Source of the DNA: Thermodesulfobacteriota bacterium
Lineage (GTDB): Bacteria > Desulfobacterota > Desulfarculia > JACQYL01
Assembly: GCA_963675595.2 (NCBI GenBank)
Contig: CAXXLZ010000002.1
Location: forward strand, 2,464,001-2,528,000
DNA: 64,000 nucleotides
Direction: 5' to 3'
The position numbers and the translations under genes are program-made. This document shows, piece after piece, positions 1-10,296 of the stretch. Position 1 is the first letter of the stretch. Each line of letters begins with the position of its first letter. The notes beneath the pieces were generated by a model, which saw nothing but the letters and a program-made list of their open reading frames with translations, was not told where the DNA came from and searched no databases.

Positions 1-1530
1 AGCACGGAAGCATACCCGCTCATCCGCGGTTTGATCGGCGTTTTCCTGGTTGCCGGGGCGGTGGCCACGGCCTTTCTGCTATCGTCACGCCCCTGGAAGG
101 GAGTCGCTCTGGTCGTCGCTTTGATCGGTATCCGCGTGCTCCTCGGCCTCTGGGTCCCCATGAATCGGATCACCGTGGGAGCGCTTCAAACCGGCCTCCT
201 GGACCCCATACCCTTGGTGCACCGCTCGGTGAATCTCGCCCTCCTGCCTCTTCTGGACCGACTCGGCCTCGGCACGGCCGTTCATCCGCGTTCCTACGAC
301 GGTGTTTGGCCCATCGGCATCTTCTTCCTGGCGGCGCTCCTGCTGAACCTGCTCGTACCTCGATTTTATTGCAGGTTCGTATGCCCATTGGGGGCGCTCT
401 TCGGTGTGCTCGGCCGCTTCAGCCTGTGGAGGATCGGCAAAACGCGCGCGGAATGCCTTAACTGCGACCTGTGCGAAGCGGAATGTGAAGGAGCCTGTAG
501 ACCCTCCGGAAAGATTCGAACGGGCGAGTGCGTTCTCTGCATGAAGTGCCTCGATCGCTGCCCCAAAGGGCTTATCGTCTTTGGCACCGCACCCTCTGCG
601 TCGGGGGAAACCCTCGCTCCGGACATATCCAGGCGCGCCTTTGTGACCTCCTTTGTGGTCGGCGCGGCGGCGATTCCCATGCTTCGCTTGCAGGGCGGCG
701 TCGGGTCGAACTGGAATCCCCGTGTTCTGCGCCCCCCCGGAGCGTTGGCGGAAAAGGAGTTCCTATCCCGATGCATCAAGTGCGGCCAATGCATGCGCAT
801 CTGTCCCACCAACACGATACACCCGGCGGGTTTGGATTGCGGATTCGAAGCCCTGTGGACTCCCGTTCTCAATTACCGCATCGGCAGCAGCGGCTGCCAG
901 CTCAGGTGCATCGCCTGCGGGCATGTGTGTCCCACCGCGGCCATCCGCCCTCTCACTCTCGATGAAAAATTGGGGAAAGAAGAATTCGCCGCCTTTGGTC
1001 CGATCAGGATGGGCACGGCGTTCATTGACCGCGGACGCTGCCTGCCGTGGGCCATGAAGAGACCGTGCATCGTGTGCCAGGAAAACTGTCCGGTGAGCCC
1101 CAAGGCGATCACCACCCGGGAGCATTTATACGAGATCGAGACGGAGTCGGAGCTTCGCGTTCAACAGGCCGCACCAAACCAGGCGGACTTGCGGGACTCG
1201 CCTCTGAACCCGGAACGCTTGTCCACCGGCGATTACTTCTGTTCCGTGGTCGGCGGAGCGGACCACCGGCCCAGGCTGATTACGGGAAACAGCTCCGGGA
1301 CCCTGGTCATCGCACCGTCGGATCCCTGGCGGCCGCCGCCCGAGCCCGGAGACGAAATCCGTCTGCTCCTTCGGGTCCAAAGGCCTGATGTGGACCCCGA
1401 TCGGTGCATTGGTTGCGGTATTTGTGAACACGAATGTCCGGTGAAGGGAACCGGAGCGATCCGTGTTTCTCCGGAGAATGAAACTCGAGACCGAAACCAC
1501 TCCCTGCTGCCGCCCACAAGCCGAAGCTGA
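1..1530 (+). CDS. Membrane polyferredoxin (NapH/MauN-like membrane part fused to NapG/MauM-like 4Fe-4S domain); 5' end likely outside the window
   Basis: Frame open from base 1; TM segments; RFYCRFVCPLG motif; multiple CxxCxxCxxxCP motifs; internal SRRAFV Tat-like motif. Confidence 0.85.
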   Translation, partial: STEAYPLIRGLIGVFLVAGAVATAFLLSSRPWKGVALVVALIGIRVLLGLWVPMNRITVGALQTGLLDPIPLVHRSVNLALLPLLDRLGLGTAVHPRSYDGVWPIGIFFLAALLLNLLVPRFYCRFVCPLGALFGVLGRFSLWRIGKTRAECLNCDLCEAECEGACRPSGKIRTGECVLCMKCLDRCPKGLIVFGTAPSASGETLAPDISRRAFVTSFVVGAAAIPMLRLQGGVGSNWNPRVLRPPGALAEKEFLSRCIKCGQCMRICPTNTIHPAGLDCGFEALWTPVLNYRIGSSGCQLRCIACGHVCPTAAIRPLTLDEKLGKEEFAAFGPIRMGTAFIDRGRCLPWAMKRPCIVCQENCPVSPKAITTREHLYEIETESELRVQQAAPNQADLRDSPLNPERLSTGDYFCSVVGGADHRPRLITGNSSGTLVIAPSDPWRPPPEPGDEIRLLLRVQRPDVDPDRCIGCGICEHECPVKGTGAIRVSPENETRDRNHSLLPPTSRS

Positions 1531-1640
1531 GCCGGAGAGCGTGGTCGACGCCTGCTCGCAGGAGCATCCCGCTTCGCCCGTAGTTGCATGCGCGGAGGGC
1601 GCATTCAGTCGGATGACAACCCTGGAAAGGAGAAGTTGTT

Positions 1641-2864
1641 ATGTCTTCGGAAAAGAAAACATGGTCGCGCAGGAATTTCCTGATCACCGCCGGTGCGGCG
1701 GGCGCGGGGTCTCTGCTGTTCCCAAGGAGCGGGCAGGCCGATCAATCCACATCCAACGAAGACGCGCCTTCCCCAATTCGCGTGCCCAAACGGCCCTTGG
1801 GAAAAACCGGTGTGGAAGTTCCCATACTCTCCCTTGGAGGCGCCATCGACCTGGTTTCGAGACAACTCCTGCTAAGGCAGGCTCTCAAATGGGGAGTGAC
1901 GTATTGGGACACCGCGGCATCCTACACGCGCAGCGAGGAAGGCATAGGAGCCTATTTCAGCAAGAATCCCCAAGACCGCACCGAAGTTTTTCTGGCGACC
2001 AAATCCTCGGCGAGGGATGCATTCGGCATGTCCATGGCCTTGGACAGCGCCTTGGAGAGAATGAACACTTCCTATGTGGACCTCTACCTGGTCCACATGC
2101 TCGGAAGCATCGAAGACCTGTTTCCCTACCAACCGGTTGTTCGGTGGATCGAAAAGACAAAAAAGGCCGGCAAGATTCGCTTCTTCGGGTTCAGCACCCA
2201 TAAGAATATGGAGGCCTGTCTGCTGGGAGCGGCCAAACAGGGATGGATCGACTGCATTATGACTTCCTACAACTATCGACTCATGCACACGGACCGCATG
2301 AAGGCCGCTGTGGAAGCGTGCGTCCAAGCGGGAATCGGTCTGGTGGCCATGAAGACGCTGGCCGAAGGTCAGGTGAAGACGAACACGGAGGCGGAACTGG
2401 AACTGGCCGGACGTTTCGTCCAACGAGGGTTCACCGGAGCCCAGGCCGCCCTCAAAGCCGTCTGGGAGAACCCGCACATCACATCCATCTGTTCCCAGAT
2501 GCCGAATCTGAACATTCTTTCGGCCAATGTAGCCGCGGCTTTGGACAGGACCCGACTGACGGAACGGGAAAGGGACCTCCTTCACCGTCATGCCCGAGAA
2601 ACCTGTTCCGGTTACTGCGCCGGCTGCGCCGGGATTTGCGAAGCCCAAACGGACGGTCACGTGCCCATCGGCGATGTGATGCGGTATCTCATGTATGCCC
2701 GAACCTACGGGAACCGTGATCTTGCCGGAACCCTCTACGGAGACATTCCCCCGGACGTACGAGAGCGCATCACCCGCGTGGACTACACCCGGGCGGAACG
2801 CATGTGCCCGCAGAACATGGAAATTGGACGGCTCATGAAAGAAGCCGCAATGGAACTGGGATGA
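1641..2864 (+). CDS. Tat-signal aldo/keto reductase with C-terminal Fe-S motif
   Basis: SRRNFL twin-Arg signal; RPLGKTG, WDTAASY, ATK and DLYLVH AKR motifs; C-terminal CAGCAGIC...CPQ. Confidence 0.88.
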   Translation: MSSEKKTWSRRNFLITAGAAGAGSLLFPRSGQADQSTSNEDAPSPIRVPKRPLGKTGVEVPILSLGGAIDLVSRQLLLRQALKWGVTYWDTAASYTRSEEGIGAYFSKNPQDRTEVFLATKSSARDAFGMSMALDSALERMNTSYVDLYLVHMLGSIEDLFPYQPVVRWIEKTKKAGKIRFFGFSTHKNMEACLLGAAKQGWIDCIMTSYNYRLMHTDRMKAAVEACVQAGIGLVAMKTLAEGQVKTNTEAELELAGRFVQRGFTGAQAALKAVWENPHITSICSQMPNLNILSANVAAALDRTRLTERERDLLHRHARETCSGYCAGCAGICEAQTDGHVPIGDVMRYLMYARTYGNRDLAGTLYGDIPPDVRERITRVDYTRAERMCPQNMEIGRLMKEAAMELG

Positions 2865-3301
2865 GCGGTACCGTGACGTAAGGCACAGTACCGAACCGCG
2901 CCGTAGGGATTCCGTAAGGACTCGATTCTTGATCCCACGGCGGAGTCCGAAGCAGGGCCGGGGGGGTCAGGGCATGCATGCCGCATTCGCCAAGAAGGAT
3001 GCCGACTTTTTCTTCGCCTCCGAAAGAAGAAGCTTGGCGGTTTTCCGAGAGCTCCGCGGCCCACCGCTTACAAGGCCGAGCGCTGCAAACGGCACAACCT
3101 CGTGGAGCCGCGGCCCACCCGCCCCGTACTTGGAGGAAAGCCTCGACGGCTCGCCCAACGGCAAGCCTGCGATGGGTGGAACCTTATGCAGGGTTCCTTA
3201 GGTGACCGTGTGAATGATTGCCGTTTTCATTCTTTGGACAGTCTCATCTAACCGGATTCATCGTACCAAACCCACCAGAAGAGGACGGGAGGACCGGAAC
3301 C

Positions 3302-3862
3302 ATGAGCAGTCTCACGAATCGAAAGTCTCTTTTCATTCTTTTTGCCTTGGCCTGCATTTTGGCCTTTTCCACAAGTCAGGCGATTTGCGAGGAACCGAAA
3401 CCCGAGCCCGCGACCGCCGAAACTCCGGAGCAGCCGCCGGAGAAACTGGAAGTGAGCGGCAAGCGTTACAACGTCGAGACCTCGCGCAAGATGATCAAGA
3501 TCGAAGACGTCGAGGGGCACTATGTGGGCATCAGCGAGACCGTGGGTGTGGATGTCAAATCGGGCCATCAGACTTTCACAACGAGTGTCTCGGACACAAT
3601 CATGGGGAACGGCTCCATGTACGGTTACTACAAGATCGTGATGCCCGACGGCGGCGTTTGTTTCGGCAAGGCGGAAGGAAAGATCACTACCGTTCTTTCA
3701 CCCAACGGCAAGCCGATCACTACCGCGGAAGGAACCTGGACCATGCCCGAAATGATCATGGCCGACAAAATCTATGAAGGCAGCGGAACGTTCTACAGCA
3801 GAGTCATCGGCCCCGGGGTCAGCAGCATGCAGTACGAAGGAGAGCTGAGACAGAAAAAATAG
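3302..3862 (+). CDS. Secreted hypothetical protein (beta-rich)
   Basis: ATG after GGAGG; signal peptide (LFILFALACILAFSTSQA); Gly/aromatic beta-strand pattern. Confidence 0.7.
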   Translation: MSSLTNRKSLFILFALACILAFSTSQAICEEPKPEPATAETPEQPPEKLEVSGKRYNVETSRKMIKIEDVEGHYVGISETVGVDVKSGHQTFTTSVSDTIMGNGSMYGYYKIVMPDGGVCFGKAEGKITTVLSPNGKPITTAEGTWTMPEMIMADKIYEGSGTFYSRVIGPGVSSMQYEGELRQKK

Positions 3863-3942
3863 CTTGCCGAACCCACGAGTTCGGGAGTCACCGGGAACCT
3901 CCCGGTGCGGCAAACGGCCTGTGCACATCCCCCCATGTAAAA

Positions 3943-4002
3943 AAGGGGCAGGTCTCCACTTACTCTTTTTCACAGAGAGAGTAAGATGAGACCTGACCCC
4001 TT
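3943..4002. repeat. Long REP-type palindrome (GGGGCAGGTCTC...GAGACCTGACCCC)
   Basis: Arms AAGGGGCAGGTCTC-CA-CTTACTCT and AGAGTAAG-AT-GAGACCTGACCCCTT are near-complementary; lies downstream of the 3302-3862 CDS. Confidence 0.6.
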
Positions 4003-4264
4003 ATCCGAACAACAGCCCATACGATTTGAGTCCATAAGCCCGCAAAAATGACGGGAATTCCCAATTGACACCGACCATCATTTCCGACGATAACTCTTGA
4101 GACGACCTATTGGCCTATTCTTTCGATAGCGCAAGGAATCTCGCTCGCATCCACCGGCGTCGGAAGGCCGGCACAGAAGCCGGAGCACGGTGTCGACCCG
4201 CCATCGTTTCCTTCGCTTGGACACGCGGGACCGTCTCACAACCCCAATGAAAAGGAGAAGAAAC

Positions 4265-5587
4265 ATGGCCCAAAAACACATCGGATCGGGTTGGAAGTGG
4301 TGGATGGTTCTCCTGTTGGTGCTCGTTATGAACGTGGGAGGGTTGGCTTTCGGGCAGGCTACCACTGAGTGGATCAGTGTGTCTTACGACACGTTGTCAT
4401 CGGCTTATCACAGCAACCACCCAGGAATTACATCAGATGGGCGATATGTGTCGTTCGGCTCCGACGCGAGAGACATAATCGTCGGAGATAACAACAACTA
4501 TTCGGACGTGTTCGTGTACGACCGCGAACTGGACGAATTTGAACTGGTTAGCGTATCATCTGGAGGCACGCAAGGAAACGGTGTGAGTTTCACCAACAGA
4601 ATTTCACCGGATGGCAGATATGTGGTGTTTGTCTCCAACGCAACCAATTTGGTCGCCGGAGATACCAACTCCATGTGGGACATTTTCGTTCATGATCGCG
4701 AAACCGGCAACACTGAGCGTGTGAGTGTGTCTACGGCGGTCACTCAGGCCAATAGTCACTGCTGGTACCCATGGATATCCGAGGGGGGCCGATATGTGGT
4801 TTTCGAGAGTTATGCAAGCAACTTGGTCGCCGGAGATACAAACGGCTACTCCGACGTGTTTCTCCGTGATCGGGAACTGAATACGACTACGAGAATCAGT
4901 GTGTCCGCAGACGGAACGCAAGGGAATGGAAATTCTTGCGGAGCGGTTATTTCCGCAGATGGAGACTACGTCTCGTTTACGTCCGGCTCGAGCAATCTCA
5001 TCGACTGCGACACCAACGGAGTGGCCGATGTTTTCGTGGTGCAGCTCAGCACCGGGACCGTCAGGAGGATCAGCGTCCCATCGGGAGGGTGCTCCGAAGC
5101 CAATGGAGCAAGTGACATTTTCGCCAGAATGAGCATGAACTCCCGCTACGTGACTTTCATCTCCTCCGCTACGAATTTGGTTCCCGACGATACCAACGGG
5201 CATGCAGACATTTTCGTACACGACCTGGTAAGTGGATACACGGAACGAGTGAGTGTGGCATCGGACGGCACCCAGGCCAACGAGACCAGTTATCACCCGA
5301 GTGTTTCCTTGGACGGCAGGTTTGTGGTGTTCGGATCCGCAGCTACAAACTTGGTACCCAATGACACCAATGGATACGTCGACGTGTTCCTCCGGGACCG
5401 GCTCGAAGGCACCACCATCCGCATCAGCGAGGCGGACGACGGCACTCAGGGAAACAATCACAGCAACACAACCTTCATGGCGCAGGGTGTGCCCTACGCC
5501 GCGTATGTATCCCTGGCAAGCACCATTGTTTTCGGAGATACCAACGGTCGAAGGGACATCTTTCTTTACGGCCCGTTCGACGAGTAA
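4265..5587 (+). CDS. Secreted TolB-like/PD40 beta-propeller repeat protein
   Basis: Signal peptide; about 7 repeats of VSVxxxGTQxNxxS...ISxDGRYVxFxSxAxNLVxGDTN...DxFVxD. Confidence 0.85.
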   Translation: MAQKHIGSGWKWWMVLLLVLVMNVGGLAFGQATTEWISVSYDTLSSAYHSNHPGITSDGRYVSFGSDARDIIVGDNNNYSDVFVYDRELDEFELVSVSSGGTQGNGVSFTNRISPDGRYVVFVSNATNLVAGDTNSMWDIFVHDRETGNTERVSVSTAVTQANSHCWYPWISEGGRYVVFESYASNLVAGDTNGYSDVFLRDRELNTTTRISVSADGTQGNGNSCGAVISADGDYVSFTSGSSNLIDCDTNGVADVFVVQLSTGTVRRISVPSGGCSEANGASDIFARMSMNSRYVTFISSATNLVPDDTNGHADIFVHDLVSGYTERVSVASDGTQANETSYHPSVSLDGRFVVFGSAATNLVPNDTNGYVDVFLRDRLEGTTIRISEADDGTQGNNHSNTTFMAQGVPYAAYVSLASTIVFGDTNGRRDIFLYGPFDE

Positions 5588-5785
5588 GGGCTTTCCGGTT
5601 CCTCCGAACGGAAGGCTGATCCGCAGGCTGTCGGCTCGGGGGAACCGAAAGCACGGAAGTTTAAGGCATTCAGCCCATAGCGGCGGAGACCGAATGGGCG
5701 ATGGGTGACTCGAAAATCATAAGGGAATCTGCATTCGGAAAAATAGCGCGAATCCGTTCTGCAGGGAATTGAAAGGCATACGGCG

Positions 5786-6451
5786 GTGAAAAGCGAAGAA
5801 CGTGAAAAAAATATCCTGAATGTCATCCTGAAGGAATATGAAATCACTCGAAACGAGCTGCGAGCGATACACGGCACTCACGAAAAGACCATGTTCTGGC
5901 TCAGTTCCGGTTTACTTGCCGCAACTGCGGCCTGTTTCAAACAGGAATTCAACATCGGCTTCGCATTTATTCCATTGGTCATAATCTCCTATTACGCACA
6001 TCGGATGTATCGATTCACATTGCATATCAACATGTTATCAAGATGGAACATGCGAAACGAAGAGCTGGTGGATTTGCTTTTGAACACAAAAGGCTTGCTT
6101 GATTGGGAACGCCGTTTTGTTCGACGCGGGCTGAAAACAGCCTCCTGGAAATCCATTCTTTCCGCACACTATTTTGCAGAAGGCCTTATGTTCCTTCCGA
6201 GCCTGGTGGTATTCGGAATCTGTCTATTGTTCGCTCCCGCCCCTGCCGCCCAAAAGCTTCAGATTTCCCCTTGCATCCTGAATCCGGTCATCTGGTACGG
6301 CTATCCGGTCCTCGCGTTGAGCGTCTTCATAAGATTCGCGTTTGCCGTTCGGAAGATGAAATTGGACCATGAAAAAGGCCAATCGGTCAGGGACGCCTAC
6401 CAATCAATCACGGGAGGGTCATCAAAGCTCATAGACAAGAATTCCGAGTGA
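5786..6451 (+). CDS. Hypothetical membrane protein (about 4 TM, lower GC)
   Basis: 221-aa ORF with four hydrophobic segments; visibly more AT-rich than neighbours. Confidence 0.65.
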   Translation: MKSEEREKNILNVILKEYEITRNELRAIHGTHEKTMFWLSSGLLAATAACFKQEFNIGFAFIPLVIISYYAHRMYRFTLHINMLSRWNMRNEELVDLLLNTKGLLDWERRFVRRGLKTASWKSILSAHYFAEGLMFLPSLVVFGICLLFAPAPAAQKLQISPCILNPVIWYGYPVLALSVFIRFAFAVRKMKLDHEKGQSVRDAYQSITGGSSKLIDKNSE

Positions 6452-6611
6452 GGGGTCGAGCTTTCTCATCCTGTAATCGTTATCACGCCGGCCCACCTTG
6501 TATGCGCAGTCCCCCCCTTTGGGACGAAGCCGAACTTGGCAGGACCTTCTTGGATTCAGCAGATGTAAGAAACGTTAGGAATTAGTGAGGAAACCTGATT
6601 TCGCCCGCAGC

Positions 6612-6693
6612 CTTTCCGCCGGAGGCGGTAAGGCCTGTCCAACGTGCTTTGGGAGGGGGCTCGGGGGAGGACTTTCCCGAAAGTCCTCCCCCG
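6612..6693 (-). repeat. REP-like repeat family A (GGAGGACTTT variant)
   Basis: Hairpin CGGGGGAGGACTTTC-CC-GAAAGTCCTCCCCCG plus a second TCCGCC-GGA-GGCGG hairpin; homologous to 14294, 25009 and 12112. Confidence 0.8.
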
Positions 6694-6744
6694 CTAGCCG
6701 GCCTCACCTTCCCCCGAGCGCATCGATCAATGCTGTCGGCCCGT

Positions 6745-8136
6745 TCAGAATTGAGGAGCAGCGTCCGGGAGACTCGCGCTGTCGATGCCTTCGCAAAGCG
6801 CGTTGTGCACGGTCAAATTGCCTTGGGCGTCCAGCGTCACCGTCCAGATGGTGTCGTAGTCGTCGGCCGGCCAAACATCGCCGGGCACCATCTCGCCGGT
6901 GCCTCCGTAGCCTGCAAGCAGCACGTTTACCGTGGGTGGATAGTGATCGTGTTCCCACGCCAGCAGGATGGTCTGGTTGGAGAACCTACCGCCGGTGAAG
7001 AAGAATTTGGCGGTGGCCGCAAATGAGCTCAGCCCGTAGAAATCGATCCCGTCCGCGCTGGTTGCCAGACCATAGGGCAGGTTGTTGGCGATGGCATACG
7101 GCTCGGCCGTCAATGACGGCCTGACGTAGGAATAGTCGATATCACCGGGGATCGGCAGCGATGGATCGATGGAATAGACCCGATCCGGACTGATTTTGCC
7201 TTTCAGCGCGCCGGGGAGGGCGAGTGCGCGCCATTGCCCCGTACCCACCAGGTTGCCGTCCTCCCAATTGTCGGTCGGGTGAGCCTCCGCATGGCGGATC
7301 ATGTACACCGTTTCGTTGGTGTTCATCCCCTCCGGAACGACCGCCCCGTCGACTCCTCCGGTCCTCGTGATGTTGAAAGGCGTCTGCAGGCCGCATTCCG
7401 CGGGCGCCACCGGCGACGGCAGTTCCGGGTAGCCGGCGGGAGGGTTCAGATCGGCGTTGTAGGCGGCCAGGGCGACTTCTCCGGATGGGGCGATGGAGAT
7501 CGCATAGACATAATCGGGCCCCCTGTAGCTCGTGGGAATTTTCAGATTGTAACCTTGGGCGCTGTTGATGCCCGTCAAAAGAACGCCGATGGTTTCCCAG
7601 GGCGCGCAGAAGACATAAAAGCCCGGATTGTCCGCTTGGATGACGCCGGTTGCCAGGGTGACGTTGTTGTCCGCCGTGTTGTTGAAATCCAGCCCCCGGC
7701 CCGCTCCGGTATACGAAGCATTCAGCGGGTAGCTGTCCGCGGTGTATGAATCCAGCGTGATCTGGTTGAGAAGGGCGAACTGCTGAACGTACCAGATGGC
7801 CGCCATGTCCGGATAATCATGTTCGGTTTGAGGATGGGTCATGGGCTCAAGAGTGTAAATGCGGGTTACGTTGTGCCCCCCCAGCACCTCTTCTTTCAGA
7901 TACCCGGCCAAGAGGAGCGATCGCTGCAGACCCCGGTTGGTGAGGTTTGCCGTATCCGGATTGACATCGCCGGATCCCTGGTAGACCAAATCGGGACTTA
8001 CCACGAAAATCAGATTCAGGTTTTCGGAACTCAACGGAGTGGTTGCGTCGGGAGGGAACGCACGCTCGTCGCGATTATCCCCGCATCCCGCGACCAGGGT
8101 CAGGACAAGACACAAAAACAGGAAAATTCTATTCAT
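6745..8136 (-). CDS. Lipoprotein with histidine-phosphatase-like domain
   Basis: Lipobox LVAGC; MIRHAE (RHG/A-type) motif and LLAWEH second His. Confidence 0.7.
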   Translation of the reverse strand: MNRIFLFLCLVLTLVAGCGDNRDERAFPPDATTPLSSENLNLIFVVSPDLVYQGSGDVNPDTANLTNRGLQRSLLLAGYLKEEVLGGHNVTRIYTLEPMTHPQTEHDYPDMAAIWYVQQFALLNQITLDSYTADSYPLNASYTGAGRGLDFNNTADNNVTLATGVIQADNPGFYVFCAPWETIGVLLTGINSAQGYNLKIPTSYRGPDYVYAISIAPSGEVALAAYNADLNPPAGYPELPSPVAPAECGLQTPFNITRTGGVDGAVVPEGMNTNETVYMIRHAEAHPTDNWEDGNLVGTGQWRALALPGALKGKISPDRVYSIDPSLPIPGDIDYSYVRPSLTAEPYAIANNLPYGLATSADGIDFYGLSSFAATAKFFFTGGRFSNQTILLAWEHDHYPPTVNVLLAGYGGTGEMVPGDVWPADDYDTIWTVTLDAQGNLTVHNALCEGIDSASLPDAAPQF

Positions 8137-8515
8137 CGTCGTCACCCTCTTTGATTCATTTGTTCGGACATCGCGCGAAAGCCGGAAACAGCTCCGGTTG
8201 CTTCCGGTATATCTTATTACAAAGCGGGAAGAGTAAAAAGACCGTAACCATTCGGACCGAGAGACTTCCGTATTTATTCTCACCGTCTCCGCCGACACAC
8301 CATTCCCGGGCCCTCCCCAATTCTCCACAAACACGCACCAAACGTCTTCGGATCCTACGAAGGGACAAGACTCCGACGACATCCCCCACGCAATGTCCGA
8401 ATCCTGAAGCCCTTCATGCGCTTTTCACAATACGATACTTGATTTTTTCTACCGGATTGCCGATGGTTGGGCATCCCCGCACGTGCGGGCCCACCAACCC
8501 CGACACGAGACCTTT

Positions 8516-10195
8516 ATGTCCGTAGTCCGACTGGCCGCCATGGCGACCCTCATATGTGCGCTTGTCGCCGCTTGTGCCCCGCGTCCGACCGGGGACGTCG
8601 GCACGCGGCCTACGGAGATGGGCCTGCTGGAAGACCCCGGCGGCCTCATGGACATCGGCCAAGCCGCCGCCCCGGACCGCGCCGGCGATTACCGCATGGA
8701 GCCGGGCAACCGCCTCTCCCTGGGCTTTTCCCTCTCCACCCTGTGGGTGCGCCTAGCCCTGGAACAAACGCCGCCCACCGGCTCCTGGGTGCTGGAGCTG
8801 CCCTCGCCCTGGCTGGATCGAGTGGAGCTCTATCTGCCCCGTCCCCATGGAGGCCGTCTCAGGTTGGCCACCGGCCTGCTGCTGCCGCCGGCACGGGCGG
8901 ACGCCGACTGCTTCGTGCTGACCGCCCCGGAGGACACTCCCCGGCACGGCTACGCCTATCTGCGCCTCAGCGCCCGCTTGTCCCTCAACGCGGCCCTCAA
9001 CATCCGGCCCAAAGCGGCGCTGGAAGGGCACGCGGTGCGGCGAGCCTATCTGCTGGGCGCCCTGTACGGCATCATGGGGGCCATGGTCATGGTCAACCTC
9101 CTGGTGTTCATCACCACCCGCGACCGGGCCTACCTGTATTATGTGCTCTATTTGTTCAGCATGAGCTTCCATCAGTTCTGCCTGCAGGGTCAGGTGCTGC
9201 TGCTGCCCACCTCGGCCTGGCCCCTGATCCCGCAACTCAGCCTGGGGATCACCTCGGTCATGTTCTTTTTCGGGGCCGCCTTTTGTCGCTCCTTCCTGCA
9301 CGTGCGGGTGAACGCCCCCATGTGCGCCCGCCTGCTCACCGGGGTGCAGGCGGCCGCGGTGGTGCTCATGGTGCTCGTCCTGGGGGGGCGCGTTTTTTGG
9401 GGTACCTGGCTGGCGCACTCCATGGCCCTGGTGGGGCCCCTGGTGGGCATTGCCGCCGGTTTTTTCGCCCTGGCCCGGGGCTTTCGGCCGGCCCGGTTCT
9501 ACCTGATCGCCTGGTTGGTGCTCCTGTTGGGGGCCATGGCCTGGGGAGCGTGGAGCATGGGACGGCATCTGCCCGTTCCCCTGGCGCTGGCCGATCGGGT
9601 AGCCACCATGCAGCGCGAGCGCCTGGTGCTGGCCCGACGGGAGCGGCGATACCGCCAAATGAGTGTCACCGACGAACTCACCGGGCTGTACAACGCGCGT
9701 TATTTCTGGGGTTGTTTGGACACGGAGATCGACCACGCCCTGGCCACCGGCCGTCCCTTGGGTTTGGTCCTGCTGGACGTGGACGACTTCAAGCTCTTCA
9801 ACGACACCCACGGCCACTTGGAGGGCGACCGAGTGCTGGCCGAGCTGGGCCGGCTGCTGTGGAACGCCGTGCGCCCCACGGACTCGCCCTGCCGTTACGG
9901 GGGCGAGGAGTTCGCCCTGGTGCTGCCCGACTCCGGAGATGAGGCCCTGCACCAGGTGGCCGAACGGGTACGGGCGACCCTGGCCTCCAGACCTTTCCCC
10001 CTGCAGACCGGCCGGGTGGTCACGGTAACCGCCAGCCTGGGCACCGCCCAGTTCCGGCCCGGCGACGACGCCAAGACCCTGATGGGGCGAGCCGACCGAG
10101 CCCTCTACCAAGCCAAGGCCCGAGGCAAGAACTGCACCGTCGTGGCGGATGAAGACCACCCCCCGCGACCCGACTTCACGATCCCGCCCGCATAG
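8516..10195 (+). CDS. 7TM-DISM sensor diguanylate cyclase
   Basis: DISM2-like extracellular part; 7TM-DISM TM region; TDELTGLYN, DVDDFKLFNDTHGH, RPTD I-site and GGEEF. Confidence 0.88.
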   Translation: MSVVRLAAMATLICALVAACAPRPTGDVGTRPTEMGLLEDPGGLMDIGQAAAPDRAGDYRMEPGNRLSLGFSLSTLWVRLALEQTPPTGSWVLELPSPWLDRVELYLPRPHGGRLRLATGLLLPPARADADCFVLTAPEDTPRHGYAYLRLSARLSLNAALNIRPKAALEGHAVRRAYLLGALYGIMGAMVMVNLLVFITTRDRAYLYYVLYLFSMSFHQFCLQGQVLLLPTSAWPLIPQLSLGITSVMFFFGAAFCRSFLHVRVNAPMCARLLTGVQAAAVVLMVLVLGGRVFWGTWLAHSMALVGPLVGIAAGFFALARGFRPARFYLIAWLVLLLGAMAWGAWSMGRHLPVPLALADRVATMQRERLVLARRERRYRQMSVTDELTGLYNARYFWGCLDTEIDHALATGRPLGLVLLDVDDFKLFNDTHGHLEGDRVLAELGRLLWNAVRPTDSPCRYGGEEFALVLPDSGDEALHQVAERVRATLASRPFPLQTGRVVTVTASLGTAQFRPGDDAKTLMGRADRALYQAKARGKNCTVVADEDHPPRPDFTIPPA

Positions 10196-10296
10196 GCGCC
10201 CGCCGGACCACCCATGTTCACTGGGGGAAATACCATGTTGGCCTCAGGTGCTCGATCGTTATGATGGAGCATCACCCAAACAGAAAGGAGACCAAC

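Noticed and set aside
5620-5700. Possible c-di-GMP-I (GEMM) riboswitch upstream of 5786
   Set aside because: Only loose resemblance; the GGCAAAC/GAAA P1-P2 architecture could not be built
8467-10159. Long alternative-frame ORFs over the GGDEF gene
   Set aside because: Arg/Pro/Gly-rich artefacts of very high GC3
10226-10230. GGAAA at both IS ends as a classical target-site duplication
   Set aside because: IS110-family elements recombine through a core shared by donor and target; the junction promoter spacing fits one core copy belonging to the element
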